In this document: positions 22,401-34,324 of the stretch, piece by piece
Layout: each line of letters opens with the position of its first letter
Position numbering within the stretch: position 1 is the stretch's first letter
NCBI GenBank assembly: GCA_051294375.1
Contig: CM119267.1
Location: 2,925,631 to 2,989,630 of the forward strand
Direction: 5' to 3'
Length of the DNA stretch: 64,000 nucleotides
From: Paraspadella gotoi
Lineage: Eukaryota > Animalia > Chaetognatha
Program-made: the position numbers and the translations under genes
The notes under the pieces: model-generated
The model's input: the letters and a program-made list of their open reading frames with translations, nothing else
Databases searched by the model: none
Told to the model about the DNA's origin: nothing

Positions 22401-25400
22401 GAGAAAACAATCTTAATTTTCATAAATATTTAGGCATCACAACATTCTGCGGTACCGTGTCAGCACAGAGTACAACATCCAAGCTCAATTCGCCGACGGA
22501 CGCAAAGATCCCTTCAGCGTCGTCTGCGCTTGGCGCTCCTTCGGCGAAAACCCAAAGTGGCGCTATCGTACGATGATCCTGGACCCGCCCTACGCCGTCG
22601 AATGCCCCATCGCCGGACGCTACATTTTCAAGCAAATGCCAACGTCCGAGGCTAACAGACTGGTCACCAGAGAGCGGGAGACGGGTAAATGCGATTACGA
22701 TTTTGCCGTCGTTTCGTAGTAATTTATTCCCTGTCCACCAATTAAGGCGTGACTGTTCGGCCAAGACCCCAAATTCCCTGCAACAAATTCGAATCGGATT
22801 TCGCGGGTTGTCAGGGAAGCAAGTATTCCACGAAGCAGATTGGCCTTGACGTTGAAAGATGCATGCAGGTTTTGAAAAATGCCCATAAACTCGGAAGAAT
22901 AATCAAAAAAAGTCATAATTAGTAACGAAGAAAGAATATTCAAATTTACAGCTGGATTGGTACGGCAAACCGCGTCAAGGCGACACCGACTACGATAAAC
23001 CGGACTACGTCTTGAATTGCGCGGGATATTGGAGAGAAGATGGCCTGTCATTCCTCATCACATACGAGGAAGAGGATTCCGTATCGAGATACAGGTAGCG
23101 CGAAACATTAGAAGATTTTAGATCGAGATAATAGATTCATACTTTTCTTCTGTAAAGGTGTTGGGTCTACGAGCGCACGGGCATTCGCAGCGTCCGCATG
23201 TCTCGAGGCGTCAACGCCAAGTGTATGGAGAATCAGTTCGCATCGAGTAGTACCGCCAAAGATGGCGTTTCCCTTAAACTCGATCTGGAGGTCGGTTGTC
23301 CATGTCCAAGAATTAATAAATTAATACTTTGATTATTAGAAAGTAAATAAGACCAGCTGTACAAATGCTTGTAAAATACAACTCTTATCCACGGGACGAG
23401 CGACAAAATTCAAAACCCACGAACTTCCTTCAGGAGTACGAACGGCTGTTCGACGACTGTCCGATGAGATATTACGACGCCCGCAATCCCTACATAGACA
23501 TCAACGCTGCGCTGGAGCTGCACAACGGCGGAGTCGTCATCAGCAACGATGCCAGAGTATTGGCGGTCGCCCTTTTGGTCGTCGCAGCGTTCTTATGTTC
23601 TTGAAATAATAAACGCTTCAAAATTGTTCATAAAAAAACTCGAAACTCAAGTGTAAATGATCTCTGGAATGTGTCATTTGTGGGTTGTACAGAATACCGA
23701 AACTCCGTGAAAGACAAATAACAGTCAAAAAAGAAGTTTCACACGATGCTTCCCATTTCAGACTAGCCGTCCGTGCGATTGTACAGCGTTAAATGATTGT
23801 AATATAATATTGTCTCATTCTAAAAGTCGCTCTTATTAGTTCTTATCAAAGAGATAAATATATCCGTTAGAATCTAGTTACTATAGATGATCTAGATATC
23901 CTTCGCTGAGGATTCGCCAATGCAATTTTTTAACAAATCAATTTTTTTTTCTCAAATAATACTAACAAGAACCCTCGTTTAAATACTAAAACTTACCGTA
24001 TCCCGTCGCACCCGCTTCAAAGACTGGAAAAAGTCTCCCAATGCGAAACGAATAGAGAAAAGTTTGCAAAGGATGTAGAGGGCGACGAGGATGTAGCCTT
24101 CCAAATGGTAGTCGCTCCAAAGGTAACGAATCCAGGGACGAATCGGCGTCAAGTGTCGATACAATTGCGAAAGGATCTCTATGAGGAGAAAGTATTTTCC
24201 CTGCGGAGAAATATGACAAGAGTCAGGCATTTTTAAATTCTCCCCTTTTTTTAATAAAATATTTAGGTTTTTTCTATAAAATTTATTTTCTCAAATAGAT
24301 TTAAAAGGAAAATTCCAACCAATTTGAACATTACTGACAAATAGGACTGACCGTTGAATAAATTTTTTCAAACTTACCTTGAATTTATACGGAAGGATTT
24401 TCGGTGATAAGGCCAGGACAAAGACTTTCAGCATCATGGCGCCAAACCGGATAATGTAATCTGTGATACCAACGACCCAAACAAGATTCCACAACCCAAA
24501 TGACGCTTCCTTAGAGAATAAAACAATCTGATAATGATGGCATGTATTATAAATTAAATAAAAAATTGAAAACTACCTCGCTACATTTATTCATGTAACT
24601 AGAAAGTAAAAATACTTTAAAGGAAAACTACAATGCAATTACATTAGCAAAGTCAATTTTAATTCAAAATTTTATAATTGACGATTCAAAACTTCAAACT
24701 GCCGATGACAAAAAGTCGGCCCTTACGGATTCATCGGCGGCGGCGGCGTCGACTTCAGTGTCTCGGAAGAGCAGGGCGTTTTGAAGGTTCTCCGCTTGAA
24801 AGACTAGAAAGATGAGGTAAACGTCCGAGGCTAAAAAAACGACGATCCACGACATAATGAGCACGCTCCGCCTTTCCTAAGGAACAAGAACCGGAAAGTT
24901 CAAGGTGATGCGACGCACCAATTTATATCTGCCTTTAAAAATTACCCTGTATTATTTTGATTTTTTAAAAGCTCAAGTTTAAAAAAAAAACAATATCTTT
25001 TAAACCACTTGACCGATTGCGATAAAATTTATTTTTTAAATAATTTTTAAAAATATTCTTATAGTGAAGGATTTAAAGTTATAAAGTGGCGTGTTTTTTT
25101 TAATATAAGATTAAAAAATATGCACAATAAGACTTTTATTGCTAATCATTCATCTATTAAGCAATAAGCATATATTAAAATAACCAAATCGGACACGATA
25201 TTCAAAATTATAAAAATTACACAACAATGAATTTCGGATCATGCGATTGCATTTTCATGGGGCACGTTACTGCACAAGTATAAAACGTATGTACATTAAG
25301 TATCTTATAATACAACCTTTTTACAAAATAATAACTAAAATTATACATTATTACTAGAATTGTTAGCGTTAAAAACATACTGACAAAATTAGCTTAATGA

Positions 25401-26772
25401 CAAGCCGACCAAAAAAGTGTTTTAAAGCTGCTTCGCGTGTACTCGAGGCGCAACTGAGAAGCGTTAATCGTTCCGAGGCGCTCTTTCTCTCCCATTCTTA
25501 AAAAAGCTTTTTTCTCAGACGAGTCTTGCCTTCAAAGAGACTTGAGTTTTTAACATCTTGTTGGCGTGCCAGAAGGTGCCGGTGAGACCGAGAAAGACTA
25601 GGATTCCCAGCGAATAGTCGATCAATAGTTTAGCGATGACGAGAAAATAAAAGGGAATGCTTTTGCTCAACAAAGGAAGGATCGTCCGGAGAGAACCCGA
25701 GGGGGAATTGGGAGTCTGAGCGTCGCCGGGGTCGGCGGCCGGGTCCGCGTCGGACGGATCCGTTTCTTGAATCCGCAACGCGTGATCGGCACCTGACAAT
25801 GAATTTAAATTATATAATTAAATATCTTTTAGATAAAAATGACAATTAAAATGTTCACCTCGCGTATCCGAATCGTTGGAAGTTGCAATTCCATTCAAAT
25901 GATCTGACAAGGAAGGGGCGGCGTTGACTTCGGAGGAAGACGCGCTGAAGATGAAAATGAGAAATTAATCGTGAATTTCGAACGACTCTTGACGCCATCA
26001 CTCACGGGTTCGTCCGAGTCTCGGATCCGCTTCTCGTCGTCTGAAGATTCCCTCCGGTCGGAGTTCCGGCCTCCGAATCGGAGGAAATCTCGTCCGAGTT
26101 GCTGTTGCTCCATTCGCGCCAGATCGAATGCAGCTGCAAAGGGCCACCGACTCTGCCTCGCCTCGACGAACCTTTCCCCAACACAAATTTATTCCTTCAC
26201 AATAAAAAACAGTTTTGCCTTCAGAGCTCCCGAAGCGCTATGCGCTGGCTTTATGCCTCAAAACCTCTTACAAGCTAAATATAAAAAAGACCCTGGAAGC
26301 TTCAAGCACCGGTTCTGTCCGCCGGAGCGTCGAGGATCTGCTCCGTCGAGTTGCTCCGACGGGCGAGGTTGTGGATGGCGCGTGACATGACGGCCGAGGG
26401 CAGAATCTGCGCCACGAGTGACGCCAACGCTCGTTGACGCGTCGACGTCGCCGCCGGAAAAAGTGGGGAAAGGGGAGGATCTGAGGAGAAAAAAAATAAT
26501 GTCGTCGGGGATAGCATAAATTAGACAAACATACATATTTATCATTAAAGATACGGCCAAACCTATTATCAACAAACAACCTATTCCGCCCCTTGATTAC
26601 CTCGGCCTTCTTCGATGTCCAAGACTACGTTGGCCGAGTCGCCGCTCTCATCCCGCAACGTCGGTTGACTCGAATCGGGCGAGCGACGACGCGACGTAGA
26701 TTCCACGGGCGCGCGGGCGGATGCGGATGCGGAGTCGGGGGCGGGCGGATCCGCGAGATCGTGGTCGGACAT
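19447..26772 (-). CDS. RNFT2: RING finger and transmembrane domain E3 ligase RNFT1/RNFT2
   Basis: Low-complexity N-terminus, then TM exons ([27 protein letters not shown]; [18 protein letters not shown]; [24 protein letters not shown]). C-terminal [21 protein letters not shown]|[35 protein letters not shown]. Confidence 0.92.
20482..23604 (+). CDS. Cys-rich secreted, probably GPI-anchored protein of an uncharacterised invertebrate family, nested antisense in an RNFT intron
   Basis: About 12 GT-AG exons. Signal-peptide-like start [23 protein letters not shown]; two repeats of the pattern C..G.(F/Y).F...C.G.W...YRC ([15 protein letters not shown]; [16 protein letters not shown]); hydrophobic C-tail [15 protein letters not shown]. 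Resembles DUF7042/7043-type proteins from memory (unverified). Confidence 0.8.
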
Positions 26773-27799
26773 TTCCGTCACCGAGTTTTTTTGTTTTTTT
26801 TTCTTTTTTACTGACTAGTTCTCAGAGTTTTTAACATAGCTTTAGTCTCATGATTAAAGCAGGCTTAAATTTTAAAATAGTAAAAAACAAAACTTTTTCA
26901 ATATTTTGCTGAAACTTGACAATTGACTACTAGAAAATGGTGACTGTGAGCTGAAATCTTAAAACAAAGACGGAAGAAAGGGTGAGAAAAATGGATAGAT
27001 ATTAAATATTGACGAATTCCAGGATGTGAAATCGAATCAACTACTCTTATCATGATCCATTTTAACTGTTTTTATTAGAAATACATAGCCTATAAGCCTT
27101 CATCTCCTTTCTCCTTTCTTTCTGGTGATTCATGATTCAATCTATACCTTTCACCTCGTTCTCTTAATCTCAGTATAAGCAACGCAAGAACGTCCAAGGC
27201 TAAAGTTAAGTCTTAATCTCTTATTGCAAACAATAACAACCATTCGGCCTATGGTTATTATCTATGATTATGAGTCCTGCAACTCTTTCTCCACTAGTTA
27301 TACACATTCATTCCTCTCTCAAGCACGAATCATTTGCCTCCTCTTTCTCTTAACAAATCCATTTCCTTCAGCTCTGACCCATGCTTTGAAAAAGGTAAAA
27401 ATCCTTCATCTCTTTTAATCATCAATCAAATGCTCGGGATTTTTCAAGGATTCAGTGCGAATCTTTCACCTCTTTGTCTTGACACGTGATCTCTTGTAAG
27501 TAGTGCACACTCATAATTCATTATGCTTCATTCTTCTCTGTGTCTTACACGATTATAACAAAAGACACCTCTCTGACAATTAGCACTAAATTTTTTTTCA
27601 TTCGACCGCCTCAAATACGTCTTCAAGTTCGATTCGTCAAACTCGGCAGAACCAGTTTCTGATGCAGTTGATCATCCTCAATCTAAAAAAATGCCCCGAC
27701 CCATGAGTCTAAACTAAATTAAAGTCAATAAAAAATCGGAATGTCCCCCATTTTTGTTTGAGCAACCCTAGCCCCCCCCCCACCAGGCCGCTTTCCCTC

Positions 27800-28045
27800 T
27801 CAGATGCTCCTCTTGCTATCATCCCTCGGTCCGTGAATCGAAGAGTTGTAGCTTTGGTTCTTCTTCCGCTCCTCGACCTCCTTGATCCTGGCCAGGATTT
27901 CCGGCGTCAGTTCGCCCATGAAGCCGCCGCAGATGCTGCCGCGAGCGAGAGCGCGCCGGAACTCCTCCTCCCGAGCGTCGCTGTTTTCTTGCTCGGAGGG
28001 AGACGCCGTCGTCGCCGCCGCGAAACCAAAGAAGGCGTTGCCCAT
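27800..28045 (-). CDS. Small uncharacterised protein (81 aa)
   Basis: ATG lies 3 nt after a polypyrimidine/CAG acceptor, with an upstream GTAAGC donor near 28115; GC-rich exon-like composition. No family recognised. Confidence 0.5.
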   Translation of the reverse strand: MGNAFFGFAAATTASPSEQENSDAREEEFRRALARGSICGGFMGELTPEILARIKEVEERKKNQSYNSSIHGPRDDSKRSI

Positions 28046-28537
28046 ATTCTGGGGGTGAGAAAAGGCACCTCGGTCAAGCTTATCGCCCAGTTGGATTACG
28101 AGAAAACTCGCTTACCGCGAAAGGAAGCTGTCTGTTTACGAAAACATAAAAAGCCACTCCCCCAATAACTGCATAGCCTAAAGCTTTGGCGACGTCGGCA
28201 ATCCAAGGTTTAGCCATCGATAAAACCTAGGATGATCCCAAATCCAAGATGGAAAATAAATGAAAAAAACAAACAAAAACAACAACAACAAAAAACAAAA
28301 CAAAAGTGACAGAAAAAATACGTACCCTATTTGACGCCCATTTAAATTTTCAAGCCCCTATCTTACATGTTATCTAAAAAATAAAAAAAAATAAAAATAA
28401 AGAGAAATTAAAAAAAAAAATTTATGCTCAAATAAGATATCGAAGGAGAAAAAAAAATCCTCCTCGAATATGGCATTGTACATTGTGGCAAAGGAAAATC
28501 ACAGATTCACCAAAGCAGAAGTCCAAAGACTCAATCG

Positions 28538-31500
28538 TCATTGTTTGGCGTTCTGCACTTCGCCCTGATTGTCGTATTCGTTGTAAGCGACCCAATCGAG
28601 CGCGATGGGCGCGGATATCATCGTGTCGGAGATGTCGAAGGCGTCGGCCAACGCGAGAGACTGGGGTCCGATCTCCGCACAAAGGCGTCGAGAAATTATC
28701 CCGGCCGTTCGGGCAGTTTCAGGCGCCACGCCTCCTTCCACCACAAACCATCTAGAGTCGGGAGGGGAAAAAAGGAGGATGGAGAGAGAATTTGTGGTCT
28801 CGTGACTGGGAAGGATCAACTTCCTTACCCAAGTTCGTTCTCCAAAACGTTGATTAGATACAAGTGGTACAGTTTGCCGAGAATGGGTTTAAGAGACGCT
28901 TCGGACGAGGCAATGGTGGCGGCGAATCGCTCCGAAATGAGGCGTTCGGCGAAGGCACGAGCCGATGCTTGAACCGCGTCGGATTCTTGCAGCATCCAAA
29001 TGTCGAAAATTCCTTTTCCGCCGGACTGTTGGAAATATAAAGCGACTATGGCAACAGCCGGGTTGCCTGTGATGCCCATTGGGATGGGGCATCTCACTGT
29101 TGGCTTTGGGGGCTTCCGACCCTCAGGGACGCCTCCAGTCACTGGCGCGGTTACCCCAGGACGGTTTCGCTTTGCCAACGCAGAGGGAAGTCGTTAGGAC
29201 TGTGGATGGAACGCAACGCCTGGGATGGTGCGTTCCGCCTCTGAGCCAATGGTATTGGCCGAACGACGGTGGACGGGAGGCGGTGTGAATATAACGCCAC
29301 TCGACGTTATTTTTTTCCCCTTTCTATTAAAAACTATTCATTGAATTGGTTTCGACTTTTACCTCGGCCAGCTTTTTCCCGAGATCGCCGTACAATTTGT
29401 TTTCTCTCATCTGAAAGAGGAAGTGGAGATACTCGACAGATTCGAGGTCCGCCTTTTTAGGAGAATCGAGTTTGGCCGGCTTGAAAACCGCCAACCGCTC
29501 CTTGGCCACTTTTTGCATCAGAACCGAATTGTCTCCTAACGAAATTAACACAAAAAATATAGAGTAGTGTGGACGCAATCCACAGTAGGTTCTTTCATCA
29601 TTAAAATGGAAATTAACCTTCGGCCGTCATGGCGGCGTGAGCCAGACCCAAGAAGGTTCCGAATCTGTTGCAACTGAGATATCCCTGGCCCCCGGTACGT
29701 TCTCGGCATACGGAGGTAGATTCTTCGCAATGCCACGCCGCCATCGGTTTGATTGCGCAGCACATTGTAACGATCTCGGGATGCTCGGACCCATCCTCCG
29801 CCTGCGCTCCATATCTGTGGTGGCGTAAAACGTTAGAAAATATAACATCACAGCGTGACGGCGATAAGGTGAAAATGTTGATGAGTCACTGAGGAATACG
29901 ACTACAGCACTTTTTCCCTCGTTTTACCTGTCCTTGACGTAGTTCAAAGCGAAGTTTATGGCGTAGGTTTTGGCAAGGAGTGGGACAAGGGCTCGTTGCT
30001 GCAGTTGATATCCTAAAATGGGCATGTCGCTTTTGCCGGCTGAACCGACGGTCAAACGAGAAGCGGAGTAACGTAGCGCGATCGTAAGAGCCGCCTAAAC
30101 AAAATATATTGCACATTAAACATATTACACATTACAGTCATTAAATTCACATCGGCACACTTGCGACAGTTATATACCTTGGTGCAGCCGAGGGACATGG
30201 CGGCGATACAGATTCTGCCCGACAGCAACTGATCGGCGACGACGAGAAATCGCTGACGTCCACTGGCAATTGACGTTTCAAACTTACCCTCTTTAGTGAT
30301 GTCGCTGAAGAAAAAACAATTCGCTTACGGAAAAAGAAATTAAGAAAAAAATCCAAGACGAAATTGCCTACACGGCTACCGACCTGTATTTGTTGAGTAG
30401 ATTTTCTCTGGGCACCCTTACGTTGTCGAAAGACAGCTTGGCGTTGTCCACTCCATTAAGTCCCATTCGATGACCCATGTCCTCTATGGTGACCCCGGGA
30501 ATAGTTTTCAGCTTGTCGTCCCGCATGCGAACCATGATTGCATGAATCCCCTGGTTCTCGTTGTTCACCTTAAACGTCACGCAATAAGTACAAAGAATGA
30601 AAGACTAAAAAGGCTCACGATTTAGAATCCCAAGAAACTTGTGAGAATGAAAAATTGATTTGTTCTCGTCTTTCTTTTTTCTTTGAAAAGGGAATAAATT
30701 TACTAATTAGTAAATATTTATAAAAATGCTTTTTATTATTTATTATTTACGACATGAAACTTTCCCTAACAATTCCGAAAGATTTCCCCATCAATTTCAA
30801 CGATATTCAAAGGGCATATTTTGTTGAAAAAAAAAATCAATTTTAACGACTATTAACTTTTGGATGATCTTATTAACTCACGTATAACTGCGCCATGACG
30901 ACGGCGTGCTTGGCGTGAACGGCTCCGTTGGTGATCCAGTATTTCTGGGCCAAGGGATCGGGAGTGTTGACGATGAGCTCGTCAGTGGCGGGGTCGTAAG
31001 TGGCGGTCGTCTCCATCTCGACGGCGTTGTTTCCGTATCCCAATTCGGTCAGAGCGAAGCAACCGATGTCGTCCAAAGTATCGATGCCTGATGGACAACG
31101 AAACCGAGAAAAAGGAAAACAAACTTGAAAGACGAAAACCATGTAGGTACTTGAATAGCTTTATCGCGCTCATTACGTAATTACAATTGAATCACCGCCT
31201 AAAAAGCCCAGTTACAATGGATAAGAATCGTAACTCGACATATTTTTCATAAAATTAGGTCAAATTCGCATCTAATCTCAAGATGGCTAAGCCAACGGCT
31301 CAAGAGCTGTACGGTTGGTTTAACAAACCACCGTACGAAAGCTCACGGGAACCTTATCAAGAAGTAGTGGTCAAATTTAGAGACTTTAGCGGAGATCAGA
31401 AAAAGAAAGGTGGTTTTTCAGATTGTCAAATGTTAGTCAATAGCTGAATTAAAATATTTGCAATAACTTTAGGAAAGAAGGGCGGGGGGATGAGGGTTAC

Positions 31501-33955
31501 GCTGGAACAGCCCATCTTCAAGGCGCCGGGTGAAATGAAAACCAGATCTGCCAATCAAGACGGATATTTCGAGCACGAATTCAAGAGAGTCTTCGAGGTC
31601 GCATCTTTCATAAGGTTTTAATATCGACACGATCATTATATATATCATTGGCGATATTTGAAATCCACAGAAAGAGGGACCAGGGAGGAGAAGCGTGACG
31701 GTCGGATCCGCAAAGGGCGCTTCGAAAGGCGGACGCGTACATCTTCAACAACCCCCGTACATTCCACCGTCTCCCGGTAAAAATAAAAAGAAAATAATTT
31801 TTTTTTCTTCTTTTTTTTTCTTTTTTTTATTGGAAAAGTATTAAGTATATCAATGAAAATCATGAGTGAATATTAGCATTATGGTTCCTAACCTTTACAC
31901 TAGGCCATTTGCCATAAAAAGAAAAGAAAGTTGTAATTTTTTTGACGTTTTTATCGACGCCTTCCTCGTCAGGAAAATTAAACAGCGGAAAAGGGGATTA
32001 TTATGGAACATTTCACGGTCCGTGGTCGCACTGGGACCCGACGGAGCGAAACCGCGGGCCTCTCGTTCACGAGCTCCGCAACTTGACGAACAACCCGGGA
32101 AAAAAGGGGACGGGATACGGTTACATAGATGTCGGCTTTAGCAAATATCCAGAGTATAAGAGCTCGCCCTACCAGCCGGGGGTAAGGATACAACCAAAGG
32201 CTTGACTATTGGCTAACTGACAATTAACGACATTCGTTCTTTTTAATTGTTTTTTCCCCCCAACAGATAGAAATGTCAAACTTGGTCAAAGGTAAAAAGG
32301 GCGTAGCGAGAGTCAAAATCTCCGATTCGCCCTTCTATTCGCAAATCCACGAGCAAGAGCTTTTTGACAACAACGACTGTTATCGGCCGCCGAAAAATCC
32401 CGTTAAAGTAAAGAAAACGAAATTAAATAGAGAGATAACTTTTGCTGAGTAGTAAGTTGCTTTTATCTTATTAATTAGCCGTCCAAAGCTAAGAACAAAA
32501 TGCTCGGCGTCGTTCCCTTTAAACAAGAAAAGATTTTCATTCCTTCGAATCCGGGCAAAAAGCACGGGGGTTGCAAAGCCGGAGGATTTTCAAAATGGCC
32601 GCCTTACGATCCGGCTTCTCCGTACAAGAGAATAGGTTTGAAAACAAAGTCCTTCGCATTTAATTGTTAAGTATCGATCTTCTCAAACCTTATTTACTTC
32701 TTTATCTCAGGTCCGGATTATCTGAAAGAAGTGAGGAACAAAGACAATCAACTCTACGTCCCGATCAACACGACTTGTCCCTATTCTCAAAGATTCACAT
32801 CGCATATCTCGCAAATTGTCAAAAAAGGTCAGAAATGACCCATGATGCAAACGCGCCCACTTTAACTTACGAACGTTTTTTTTTCAGAAATCAACCCGCA
32901 CAGCTACCGGACGCGGGCACCCAATTTGAAGGTCTACTCCTTCGATAGAACTTGGACGCGGGATGAATGGAATTTTAAAAAGGGACTAGTTGAATGCTGA
33001 ATTCATTTTAAGACATTTTGGTGCCGCGTAACAACCATAGATTCTGAACTCTGTTTGCTAAATTCAAGAAATACAAACGTATCAAAAGGGGAAATAACGC
33101 TCTTCATTCCTGAGTAATACAGCTCAAAGTCGAGATCCACCTTTTAAAATCTTCTTGTGATGCCGCTCGGTCCCCAATTTGAGGACGGTTCCGCCGAATA
33201 GGTTGAACTGCACCGTCATCTTGGTGGTCATTGCCGGGTCGATGATCGCCGCCAGTTCGTGGGCCGCAAAAATTCTATGAGGATTGTTCCAAAAATCTAT
33301 CGTGGAAAAAAGAAAAATTGTAGCTTCTGGTTAATATTGCTATCAACACAACCCTTTTTACCAAGAACCGAAATGAATTGGTTGTCGCAAATCCGCTGAA
33401 GTCTGGCCAGGGCGATTTCTCTCTCTTCGGCCAGGTCGATGGCGTACTTGGGCACCATGACAGGGTCAGAGACGAAAGCACGGAACTTCTTGCGCATCTC
33501 CAGGTTATCGTGGTCCAAGATGGCGACCATCGCATCGCGGGAGAAGGAAGGCGAAGCCCAAACTGCGCGAAGCTCTTTCGGCGACATTCGATTGTTCACG
33601 TTGTGGGCTGACCAACATTTCAAGATAAAAGATTTTGAAAATCACCCGGAAATTAATACGGACTCGTGCCATTATCCCAGCGACGCTTAACGAAATATCA
33701 AACAAATTACCGGATGTATTATGTTTAGGCTTCGCCAACTGCGACGACTTCGAACTTGGTGCAACTAAACATCGCGACGAAGACGAGAGCGCTCGGCTGA
33801 GTCCGGCATTTTCCACCAAAATGGCCACCTATTCGTTATTCAATGCAAATGGCAAAGAGATATCGATTTCTGCTCAAATCTTTTAAGAATTGGTGACACT
33901 TTCTGTTCACCTGACTCATTCCGATCCTAATTTTGAAGACGGAAGAGGAAAACAT
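28538..33955 (-). CDS. ACOX: Acyl-CoA oxidase
   Basis: [117 protein letters not shown]. Two in-frame upstream exons (~33955-33911, ~33828-33711) extend the N-terminus. Confidence 0.93.
29034..29301. mobile_element. 240-bp GC-rich, hairpin-rich insert in an ACOX intron, flanked by an imperfect 14-bp direct repeat
   Basis: AATATAAAGCGACT (29034-29047) versus AATATAACGCCACT (29288-29301), 12/14 identical; several internal hairpins. Confidence 0.55.
31283..33000 (+). CDS. CFAP96: Cilia- and flagella-associated protein 96 (C4orf47/DUF4586), nested antisense in ACOX intron 31088-33140
   Basis: About 8 exons: [79 protein letters not shown]. These match human C4orf47 [35 protein letters not shown] and PGKKPGGMKAGTF. 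Confidence 0.9.
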
Positions 33956-34324
33956 GATCCTGACGGCGACGTCTCTTCGTCGTCACTATGTGGGTGAATC
34001 TCTAGCTAAACGCGCGTCGTTATGACTCGGAATGAACATTGGCGAACGAAATAAAAAAAATGTCTCTGAGAAAAAGGAAACTTGTATAAATATAATTTAT
34101 TTCCTATCGAATTATCTATCACATTCAAACAGAAATCTAAACGAGAGACTACAGAAATTACGCGTCGTTAGACTGGAATGAGAGAAATAAAAGGGATTAA
34201 CAAATAACAAAATGAACACTATATTTGACTAGACAGATCTAAGTTAACACCATAAACAATAAGCCGATTATTTTTCGAAGTTTTTATCCAAGTTTTAGCG
34301 AGGCACGTTGTGGAAAAAGAAAGT

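Noticed and set aside
27000-27580. CpG-poor segment as a gene or LINE fragment
   Set aside because: Stops in the frames examined and no recognisable motif; it cannot be supported without a search.
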